Shown here: piece after piece, positions 1-6,816 of the stretch
How positions within the stretch are numbered: position 1 is the stretch's first letter
How the letters are laid out: each line of letters begins with the position of its first letter
Assembly: GCA_043779265.1 (NCBI GenBank)
Contig: JAYWEM010000168.1
Location: 1-16,398 of the forward strand
Reading direction: 5' to 3'
Source: a bacterium
Lineage (GTDB): Bacteria > Eisenbacteria > RBG-16-71-46
Length of the DNA stretch: 16,398 nt
Position numbers and translations under genes: made by a program
The notes under the pieces: generated by a model
What the model saw: only the letters and a program-made list of their open reading frames with translations
Database searches by the model: none
Told to the model about the DNA's origin: nothing

Positions 1-2
1 CG

Positions 3-242
3 CAGGAGCTCATTGCCCAACTCCGTTCGAAGGACCCACTCACCGTCTACGTTCACGTACTGATCGACCCAGGCGGCCGTCCGCGCTCGCTCGAACTCCC
101 CTACTCCTCGCCTGAGCGCATTCCGCTCGGCGTGTACCACCACCTCTCGAAGGACATTCTCAGCTGGCGGTTCGTCGCGCCCACGCGCTTCGGCGCGCCG
201 GTCGTCGCATGGGTCACCGCTGAGTACCAGATCAACCCCTGA
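3..242 (+). CDS. Partial (5'-truncated) protein ending in a TonB C-terminal-like domain
   Basis: Not in the ORF track because it has no start codon in the window. Frame 3 is open from the edge to TGA at 240-242: QELIAQLRSKDPLTVYVHVLIDPGGRPRSLELPYSSPERIPLGVYHHLSKDILSWRFVAPTRFGAPVVAWVTAEYQINP*. The pattern V-x-V-x-x-x-ID-x-x-G...WRF-x-x-P...G-x-PV-x-x-W resembles TonB_C. Confidence 0.6.
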   Translation, partial: QELIAQLRSKDPLTVYVHVLIDPGGRPRSLELPYSSPERIPLGVYHHLSKDILSWRFVAPTRFGAPVVAWVTAEYQINP

Positions 243-276
243 TCCATCCGCGGCTCGAAGCCGCGACGGAGGACAG

Positions 277-1356
277 ATGAGCCGCACGCATCGCATCGCC
301 GTGATCCCGGGCGACGGGATCGGCCCCGAAGTCGTCCGCGAGGGACTGCGTGTCCTCGACCGCGTCGCGACGATCGAAGGCGTCCGCATCGAGAAGACGC
401 TCTACCCCTTCGGCGCCGAGCACTATCTGAAGACCCAGGAGGTGCTCCCGGACACGGCCTTCGCCGAGATCGGCGGGCACGACGCCGTCCTGCTCGGTGC
501 CATTGGGGATCCGCGCATGACGCCGGGGTTCCTCGAGTTCGGCATCGTGGGGCGACTGCGCTTCGGACTCGATCTCTACGTGAACCTGAGGCCCGTGCAG
601 CTGATCGACGCCGCCTTCTGTCCGCTCAAGGGCAAGGGGCCCGAGCACCTCGATTTCGTGGTCGTGCGTGAGAACACCGAGGACGCCTACGCCGGGATGT
701 GGGGGCAGTTCAAGAAGGGCACGCCCGACGAGATCGCGACGCAGGAGATCATCTTCACACGCAAGGGCGTCGAGCGCGCGATCCGCTACGCCTTCGAGCT
801 CTGCGGCAAGCGGGACCGCCAGCGCAAGCTGACGCTGCTGACCAAGGCCAACGCGATCCGGGCGATGGAACTGTGGACTCGCACCTTCGCCGAGGTGGGC
901 GCCGAGTACCCCGACATCACTCGCGAACATCAGTACATCGATGCCGCCTGCATGTTCGTCGTGACGCAACCCGAACAGTACGACACCGTCGTCACGAGCA
1001 ATATGTTCGGTGACATCTTCACCGATCTCGGAGCAGCACTGGTCGGAGGACTCGGGCTGGCCGCGAGCGCTAACCTGCACCCTGGCCGGATCGGCCTGTT
1101 CGAGTCGATTCATGGCTCCGCTCCCCAGTTCGCCGGGCAGAATCGCGCCAACCCGCTTGCGACGATCATGGCCGTCGCGATGATGCTGGAGCATCTCGGC
1201 GAGACGAAGGCCGCGGCTCGCGTCGACGCCAGCGTCGTGCGACTGCTTCGGTCCAAGCGACTCCCGGACCTGGGGATGGACTCGGGCTTCGGGACGGATC
1301 AAGTCGGTGACCTGGTTCTCGAGGGCCTCGAGTCCGGCTCCCCCGCCGGCGCTTGA
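277..1356 (+). CDS. leuB: Isocitrate/isopropylmalate dehydrogenase family enzyme (3-isopropylmalate dehydrogenase type 2 / tartrate dehydrogenase-like)
   Basis: Motifs IAVIPGDGIGPEV, LRFGLDLYVNLRP, VVVRENTE, TKAN, NMFGDIFTDLGA and HGSAP. GGAGG RBS at 268-272. Family is certain; exact substrate is not. Confidence 0.8.
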   Translation: MSRTHRIAVIPGDGIGPEVVREGLRVLDRVATIEGVRIEKTLYPFGAEHYLKTQEVLPDTAFAEIGGHDAVLLGAIGDPRMTPGFLEFGIVGRLRFGLDLYVNLRPVQLIDAAFCPLKGKGPEHLDFVVVRENTEDAYAGMWGQFKKGTPDEIATQEIIFTRKGVERAIRYAFELCGKRDRQRKLTLLTKANAIRAMELWTRTFAEVGAEYPDITREHQYIDAACMFVVTQPEQYDTVVTSNMFGDIFTDLGAALVGGLGLAASANLHPGRIGLFESIHGSAPQFAGQNRANPLATIMAVAMMLEHLGETKAAARVDASVVRLLRSKRLPDLGMDSGFGTDQVGDLVLEGLESGSPAGA

Positions 1357-1399
1357 ACGGCCGAACGGAGAGCGTTTCCCATCCCGTTTCGAGTTCCGC

Positions 1400-1428
1400 T
1401 TGAAATGATGGCTCGATGCGGGCATCTT
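1400..1428 (+). promoter_or_regulatory. Putative sigma70-type promoter for the FlgD-Ig gene
   Basis: TTGAAA (1400-1405), 17-bp spacer, CATCTT (1423-1428), in the intergenic region about 130 nt upstream of the ATG at 1560. Confidence 0.45.
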
Positions 1429-1559
1429 GCTCGTGTCGACTGAGCGTTCGGTGCCCCCGCCCGAGCCTCGCGCTTCGCGAACTGAGCGGGCCGTGACCCG
1501 CTCACTCCCTCTTCAAGGACGGTCGGCGACCCCTCCGCCGTCCAACAAGGTCGTGATCG

Positions 1560-1889
1560 ATGTCCCGCCCCTCGCATGCCTTCTTCGGCCCCGCCATGCA
1601 CCGCGGAGATGGCCGAAAGAACTCGATTGGTCCGACGCCGTCCAACGCGACGCCGTCGGCGATCCTCCGGTTCGCCCTTCCCGTCTCGTCCGAAGCCTGC
1701 GTCTCCGTGCTGGCGCTGGATGGTCGCGTGGTCCGGGTCCTTCGCCAGGACGTGCTTGCCGCCGGCGAACACCTCTGCGCCTGGGATGGCCGGGATGATC
1801 GCGGCCAGCGAGTCCCTCCCGGGGACTACACGCTCCAACTCGAGACCTCGGGTCGCACGCTGACGAGTCGCGTCGTCGAGATGCGCTGA
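1560..1889 (+). CDS. Stand-alone FlgD Ig-like domain protein (resembles a C-terminal sorting-type domain)
   Basis: LRFALP...VSVLALDGRVVRVL...AGEHLCAWDGRDDRGQRVPPGDYTLQL matches the FlgD_ig pattern (GR-x-VR-x-L...WDGRD-x-x-G-x-x-V-x-x-G-x-Y). An in-frame TGA at 1554-1556 prevents upstream extension. Confidence 0.75.
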   Translation: MSRPSHAFFGPAMHRGDGRKNSIGPTPSNATPSAILRFALPVSSEACVSVLALDGRVVRVLRQDVLAAGEHLCAWDGRDDRGQRVPPGDYTLQLETSGRTLTSRVVEMR

Positions 1890-1900
1890 CGCGATTCTCG

Positions 1901-2344
1901 TCAGTCGCCCTGCTCGTCGTCGGGTGACAGGAAACGCTCCACCCAGCGGTAGCCTTCGAGCACGACGAGTGAGAACACCGTGCCGATGACCGCCAACGAG
2001 TAAGCGTGGACGCCGACGGAGACCCCGATGGCGGCCACCATCCAGACGCTCGCCGCGGTGGTCAGTCCGTGGACATAGCCCTCTTGCCGGAGGATGCTCC
2101 CGGCGCCGAGGAAGCCGACGCCTGTCACCACGCCGTGCACGATGCGCGAGGCATCGAGGCTGGGTCCTCCGAAGGCCTCGACCGCGTGCGTCGTCGTCAG
2201 CACGAACATGGTCGAGCCGACACATACGAGCGTGTGCGTGCGCAGTCCCGCGGGTTTGCGGCCCATCTGGCGCTCCCACCCCACGAGGGTGCCGAGCACG
2301 AGCGAGATGGACATCGGAATCAGGTCGTCCGTGAACGCGATCAT
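1901..2344 (-). CDS. MgtC/SapB family membrane protein (short form, no C-terminal soluble domain)
   Basis: Motifs GWERQ...AGLRTH, SRIVHGVVTGVGFLGAG and GLTTAASVW; several hydrophobic segments; AAGGAGG RBS (2349-2355, minus strand). Confidence 0.9.
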   Translation of the reverse strand: MIAFTDDLIPMSISLVLGTLVGWERQMGRKPAGLRTHTLVCVGSTMFVLTTTHAVEAFGGPSLDASRIVHGVVTGVGFLGAGSILRQEGYVHGLTTAASVWMVAAIGVSVGVHAYSLAVIGTVFSLVVLEGYRWVERFLSPDDEQGD

Positions 2345-2364
2345 GTCGCCTCCTTGCCGACCGG

Positions 2365-2394
2365 ATTATCGGCAGGACCGGCGGCCCGGTCCAA
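2365..2394 (-). promoter_or_regulatory. Possible internal promoter for the MgtC-family gene
   Basis: Minus strand TTGGAC (2394-2389), 18-bp spacer, GATAAT (2370-2365), just upstream of the RBS. Confidence 0.3.
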
Positions 2395-2436
2395 TCGGCA
2401 TCCCGATGGGAGAGCGGACTCGCCCTCCGTTCGGGG

Positions 2437-3228
2437 TCAGCGGCGGTGGAAGTCCGCCTTGCGCTTGTCGAGGAACGCCTGCAGCCCTTCGTGCATGTCC
2501 TCGCTCGAGGCGAGGATCCCGAACCGCCCACTCTCGAACCGGAGCCCTTGGTCGAGCGGCAGCGACATCCCCCGCACGACACACTCGAGCGCGGCCTCGA
2601 TCGCGAGCGGGCCGTTGGCCAGCATGCTCTCGGCCAGCTTCACCGCCTCATCGATCAACTCGGCCTGTGGAACGACGCGATTGACCAGGCCGATGCGCTC
2701 AGCCTCCTCGGCCTTGATCGAGCGAGCGCTGAGGATCAGCTCGAGAGCCCTGCCCGGACCGATCAGCCGCGGCAGGCGCTGCGTGCCGCCATAGCCGGGG
2801 ATGATGCCGAGTTTGACCTCGGGAAGCCCCATCACCGCATTGTCCGAAGCGAGCCGGATGTGGCACGCCAGGGCCAGTTCGCAGCCGCCTCCGAACGCGT
2901 AGCCGTTCACCGCCGCGATCACGGGCTTGGGCGAGCGCTCCAGCAGTTCGACGACGCCCTGGCCGAACCGTGAAATCTCCTCCGCTGCAGCGGGGCCGAG
3001 CGGCTGGAGTTCGCCGATGTCCGCGCCCGAGATGAACGCCTTGTTGCCGGAACCCGTCACGATGAGCACGCCCTGCTCGGGATCGGCGACGAACGCTCTC
3101 GCAGCCTCGCCGATCTCGCCGAGTGTGTGGCGGTCGATGGCGTTCAGCTTGTCGGGACGATCGATGAAGAGGAGCGACACGCGGCCGCGGCGCTCGAGAC
3201 GGATGCTGGTGAAGGCGTTCGGGCTCAT
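2437..3228 (-). CDS. Enoyl-CoA hydratase / crotonase family protein
   Basis: Motifs RPDKLNA, AFISGADI, KPVIAAVNGYAFGGGCELALACHIR and PEVKLGIIPGYGGTQRLPRLIG. Both catalytic Glu residues (GGGCE, LPE) are present. Confidence 0.93.
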   Translation of the reverse strand: MSPNAFTSIRLERRGRVSLLFIDRPDKLNAIDRHTLGEIGEAARAFVADPEQGVLIVTGSGNKAFISGADIGELQPLGPAAAEEISRFGQGVVELLERSPKPVIAAVNGYAFGGGCELALACHIRLASDNAVMGLPEVKLGIIPGYGGTQRLPRLIGPGRALELILSARSIKAEEAERIGLVNRVVPQAELIDEAVKLAESMLANGPLAIEAALECVVRGMSLPLDQGLRFESGRFGILASSEDMHEGLQAFLDKRKADFHRR

Positions 3229-3397
3229 GGATCCATCCGGGAGGAGAGTGATGCGACAGGGTCAGCGGGGCAGTATAGGAGTCTGACCGCGGCGCCGCCA
3301 TCGAGGGCGCAGGGTGGAATCGGTCATGAGCGAACGTGCTCGGCTCGTGCGGGCCGGGTATGCTCCACACTCGAGTGCTCGATCCGTCGGAGGCCCC

Positions 3398-4696
3398 ATG
3401 CAACATCAGTCCGCAGAAGCCCTGCGCATGCAGACCGAGATGGCGTTCATCGCCGAGTTGTCGATGGTCGTGGCGGCCAGTTCGGAACTGCAGCCGATCC
3501 TCGACTGGATCGTGCGCAAGAGCACGGACCTGCTCGGTGCCGACGAGTGCACGATCAAGCTCCTGGGTGCCGATCAGGAGACCGCTCATACGATCATCTT
3601 CGACAATCGGCGCGTCGGTCCCGAGGCGGGCTCAACCTGGGCCGCTTCCGTTCGGACGTCGGTGACCGGGTTCCTCATGGTCCACAACGCCGAGTTGGTG
3701 ACGCCGGACGTCATGTCGGATCCGCGCTTCGCCGGTCTCCGGGGCAAGGAATCCGCGATCCGCGCCCTGCTCGCTGTGCCGCTGCGCGTGGACGGCCGGA
3801 TGACCGGACTTCTCGCAGTCAGCGAACAGAAGCCGGGCCGGGAGTGGACCGCGTCGGATGTCCAGATCATGAGCATCGTCGCCTCCCACTCCGCCGGCGT
3901 GATCGAGAAGACGCGACTGCGCGCGGAGGCCGAGGAGAAGCGTCGGCTCGAGATCGAGAACGAACGCATGGAGAAAGAGCTCCTCGTCGCACACGATATC
4001 CAGATGCGATTGGTGCCCGATTCCGCGTGGGACTCGGGTGGCTGGCATGTCGACGGGCGCGTCATCCCCGCACGCCAGGTCGGAGGCGACTACTACGACT
4101 ACTTCCCGATCGGGAACGCGCGCCTGGCGGTGACGCTGGCCGATGTCTCCGGGAAAGGCGTTCCCGCTGCGCTCCTGGTCTCCACGGTTCAGGGGACCCT
4201 GCGTGCTTTCGCAGATGGGATCCACCCCCCGAGCCACGTGCTGCACCAACTCAACCGATCGGTCTGTCGAAGCGCCGGCCCTGGTCGCTTCGTGACCCTG
4301 TTCTACGCGGAGATCGAGCTGACCACGGGAGAGGTCCGATTCGTGAACGCGGGGCACAACTATCCGCTCCTGCGACGCGTCGATGGCTCGATCGAGACGT
4401 TGAAGACCGGCGGGTTACCGCTCGGGCTGTTCGAGGAGGCGACCTACGACGAGGGCGCCACGACCATTGCTCCCGGCGAGCGTCTGCTGCTCTTCAGCGA
4501 TGGCATCACCGAGGCGATCGATGCTTTCCGGCAGGAGTATGGGGACGACCGCCTGGAGGCACTGTGGGCGAGCAGCCAGGATGCGAGCCCGGATGAGTTC
4601 ATCGCCCGACTGATGTCCGATGTCGGCGAGTTCCGGGGCGGAACCGCGCAGAACGACGACATGACCGCGCTCGCCGTGCTGCGCCACCACGGCTGA
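3398..4696 (+). CDS. GAF-domain SpoIIE/PP2C (RsbU-like) serine phosphatase
   Basis: N-terminal GAF (DVMSDPRF...IRALLAVPL...GLLAV), coiled linker (RMEKELLVAHDIQ) and SpoIIE motifs VGGDYYDY, ADVSGKG, NAGH, FSDGITEA, DDMT. Start placed at ATG 3398 (GGAGG at 3389-3393); the ORF is open from 3314. Confidence 0.9.
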   Translation: MQHQSAEALRMQTEMAFIAELSMVVAASSELQPILDWIVRKSTDLLGADECTIKLLGADQETAHTIIFDNRRVGPEAGSTWAASVRTSVTGFLMVHNAELVTPDVMSDPRFAGLRGKESAIRALLAVPLRVDGRMTGLLAVSEQKPGREWTASDVQIMSIVASHSAGVIEKTRLRAEAEEKRRLEIENERMEKELLVAHDIQMRLVPDSAWDSGGWHVDGRVIPARQVGGDYYDYFPIGNARLAVTLADVSGKGVPAALLVSTVQGTLRAFADGIHPPSHVLHQLNRSVCRSAGPGRFVTLFYAEIELTTGEVRFVNAGHNYPLLRRVDGSIETLKTGGLPLGLFEEATYDEGATTIAPGERLLLFSDGITEAIDAFRQEYGDDRLEALWASSQDASPDEFIARLMSDVGEFRGGTAQNDDMTALAVLRHHG

Positions 4697-5544
4697 TGCC
4701 GCGCCCGCGCAAGCGTACCCGGGCCATGGCCTGGCTGTTCCGCGTGCTCGCGTTGCTCGCCGTGGGGTTCGCGGCGCTGCTGGTGTGGAGCGCCATTCGC
4801 GTGGCCAGCTTCGACGTGGCCTCGCTCGCGCGTGAGAAGCCGCGTGAGACGGCGCTGATGCGCGAGCGGGCACGTGAGGCGCGTCGCTCGGGGCGCGAGT
4901 TGGTGGTCCGGGCACGGTGGGTCCCGCTGGAGCAAGTCTCGCCCCTGCTTCGCCGGGCGGTGTTGATCGCCGAGGACGATGCGTTCTTCTCACATGATGG
5001 GCTCGACTGGAACGAGATCGAGGCCTCTGCCAAACGCAACTGGCAGGCCGGCCGAATCGTTCGAGGTGGCAGCACGATCACACAACAGCTCGCGAAGAAC
5101 CTGTGGCTCGGCTCGGCGCGCTCTCCGGTCCGCAAGATCGAGGAGGTCCTGCTCGCGATCCGCCTCGAGCGCACGCTCAGCAAGCGTCGGATCTTCGAGC
5201 TCTACCTCAACGTGATCGAGTGGGGCGATGGGGTGTATGGAGCCGAGGCCGCCGCGCGGCATTGGTACGGCGTGTCCGCGAGCGGCTTGAGCTCGAGGCA
5301 GGCGATCGTGTTGGCGGCTGTGATCATCAATCCCCGGCGCTATTCGCCGACCGCGCCGACGAAGCGGATCGAGCGCCGGGTCCGCATGATCACTCGGCGC
5401 ATGGACCGGCGTGGACCGCTCCCGGCGCCGGCACCGATCGCTCCCCCGCCGACCGACTCGGCGGCAATCGAGGACGCCGTGGCTCCGGCCTTGCCCACCA
5501 GGGCGCCTTCGCTCGTCGAACCCGACACCACCGACGCGAGCTGA
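4696..5544 (+). CDS. mtgA: Monofunctional biosynthetic peptidoglycan transglycosylase
   Basis: N-terminal TM anchor; GT51 motifs EDDAFFSHDG, RGGSTITQQLAKNL, RKIEE and KRRIFELYLN; no transpeptidase domain; Pro/Ala-rich tail. TGATG overlap with the upstream gene. Confidence 0.9.
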   Translation: MPRPRKRTRAMAWLFRVLALLAVGFAALLVWSAIRVASFDVASLAREKPRETALMRERAREARRSGRELVVRARWVPLEQVSPLLRRAVLIAEDDAFFSHDGLDWNEIEASAKRNWQAGRIVRGGSTITQQLAKNLWLGSARSPVRKIEEVLLAIRLERTLSKRRIFELYLNVIEWGDGVYGAEAAARHWYGVSASGLSSRQAIVLAAVIINPRRYSPTAPTKRIERRVRMITRRMDRRGPLPAPAPIAPPPTDSAAIEDAVAPALPTRAPSLVEPDTTDAS

Positions 5545-5547
5545 GGG

Positions 5548-6000
5548 TCAGGCCCCGAGGGCCTCTTTCACGAGTCGCGACACGAGCGAGCCCTCGGCCT
5601 TGCCTTTGACGTGAGGCATCAAAGCGGCCATGACCTTGCCCATCTCCTTCGCGGTCGTGGCACCCGTCGAGCTCACGGCTTCCCGCACGAGGTCGCGCAC
5701 CTCCTGCTCGGAGAGTGCCTCGGGCAAGTAGCGCTGAGTCACGATGATCTCCTGCTCCTCGGCGGCGTTCAGGTCGGTGCGCCCGACCTTCTCATTGATC
5801 TCCATCGTCTCACGCCGCTTCTTCACATAGCGCTGCAGGATCTCGATCTCCTCGTCCGAACTGAGCACGGCGTCCTTGGACTTGGCCGACTTCGCCTCCA
5901 TGAACGAGGACTTGAGCATGCGCAGCGTCGACAAGGTGGCCTGGTCGCGTGCCTTCATCGCGGCCACGATGTCCAACTGCATGCGATCGAGGATGCTCAT
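5548..6000 (-). CDS. GatB/YqeY domain-containing protein
   Basis: MSILDRMQLDIVAAMKARD...LRMLKS...KKRRE...YLPEALSE...KEMGKVM...KGKAEG is a typical YqeY. Start at ATG 6000 with an AGGAGG RBS; the ORF-track extension to 6111 is probably not translated. Confidence 0.92.
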   Translation of the reverse strand: MSILDRMQLDIVAAMKARDQATLSTLRMLKSSFMEAKSAKSKDAVLSSDEEIEILQRYVKKRRETMEINEKVGRTDLNAAEEQEIIVTQRYLPEALSEQEVRDLVREAVSSTGATTAKEMGKVMAALMPHVKGKAEGSLVSRLVKEALGA

Positions 6001-6066
6001 GTCGGTCCTCCTGAGGGCGTCGTGGGGATCATCCCGGCGTTCGAGATGCGCGGAAGCGGATCGCGG

Positions 6067-6095
6067 ACGATAACACGCCGATCCGCGGGATTCGA
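6067..6095 (-). promoter_or_regulatory. Possible extended -10 promoter for the YqeY gene
   Basis: Minus strand TG-T-TATCGT (6075-6067) with a weak -35 TCGAAT (6095-6090) at 17 bp. Confidence 0.3.
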
Positions 6096-6123
6096 GGTCA
6101 CCGCAGGTCACCGCAGGTCACCG
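6095..6123. repeat. 10-bp tandem repeat (AGGTCACCGC) x2.9
   Basis: aggtcaccgc (6095-6104), aggtcaccgc (6105-6114) and aggtcaccg (6115-6123), read directly from the sequence. Confidence 0.9.
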
Positions 6124-6816
6124 GAAGGACGGACCGCCTCGGAACGTCCGCTCGAGCCCAACCGTGTAGATCGTGTTGTCGAGATCGGTGAAGTCGAATC
6201 GGTTATTGCGCTCGACTCCGGCTCGGATCGCACGCCACTTGGCCTCGAGTCCCCAGCCCAACGTGCCCTCGCTCGCGGGCGCCACGGTCAGCTGAAGCCA
6301 ATCGTTCGACTCGGTGGCGAGCCGCATGCGCATCGGGAACACCCAGCGGTCGTCCCCTCGCGGGTCTCGCACCGCCGTCGCGCCCGCGAAACTGTAGGAA
6401 CCGAAGTAGAGGTCCGCACCCGCTTCATACACGACAAGCGTCTCTTCGTCCCCGACGATCGGGCTGATTCCGCCACGCAAGACGAGGCGCGACCCGACCG
6501 TCTGCTCGGTCATCAACCAGAACCGTTCCGCGTCGCGCTCGTGGCGCCACTGCACCGTGTAGGCGGAACGACGCGAGTCCTTGAGCGTCAGGCCGACTTC
6601 CGGCCGAAGCTGATCCTGCCCACGATCGAACTCCCAGGCCTCGAGTTGCAGGTGGAGAGGGCCCTGGTTCACATAGATGATCGGGTTGCGCATGTCGTTG
6701 GCGTTGGAGAAGTCCCAGTAACGGAACTGGGCACCCACGATGGTATCGGCGATTGCGATCGGAGCGCTGATGGCGCTGAGCAGAAGCGCCGCGAGGAGTG
6801 CGATGGGTCGTCTCAT
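6118..6816 (-). CDS. Exported hypothetical protein, predicted small outer-membrane beta-barrel (YaiO-like)
   Basis: ATG 6816 overlaps the GT2 stop (ATGA). Signal peptide MRRPIALLAALLLSAISAPIAIA-DT. The mature part has alternating-polarity strands rich in aromatics (AQFRYWDF, PEVGLTL, YTVQWRH, VYEAGADLYF, GWGLEAKW, IYTVGLERTF). The family assignment is inference. Confidence 0.65.
   Translation of the reverse strand: MRRPIALLAALLLSAISAPIAIADTIVGAQFRYWDFSNANDMRNPIIYVNQGPLHLQLEAWEFDRGQDQLRPEVGLTLKDSRRSAYTVQWRHERDAERFWLMTEQTVGSRLVLRGGISPIVGDEETLVVYEAGADLYFGSYSFAGATAVRDPRGDDRWVFPMRMRLATESNDWLQLTVAPASEGTLGWGLEAKWRAIRAGVERNNRFDFTDLDNTIYTVGLERTFRGGPSFR

Noticed and set aside
1560..1889. Calling this gene flagellar hook-capping flgD
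   Set aside because: It lacks the N-terminal FlgD region and there are no flagellar genes nearby.
232..2582. Long minus-strand ORFs 232..1425 and 1299..2582
   Set aside because: They overlap well-supported genes and have no family motifs; shadow ORFs.
3127..4596. 489-aa plus-strand ORF overlapping the phosphatase in another frame
   Set aside because: Arg/Gly/Ala/Pro-rich composition typical of off-frame GC-rich ORFs; the other frame carries all the SpoIIE motifs.
6095..6123. Tandem repeat considered as a CRISPR remnant
   Set aside because: 10-bp units with no spacers and no cas genes; ruvC here is the housekeeping resolvase, not a Cas or TnpB nuclease.
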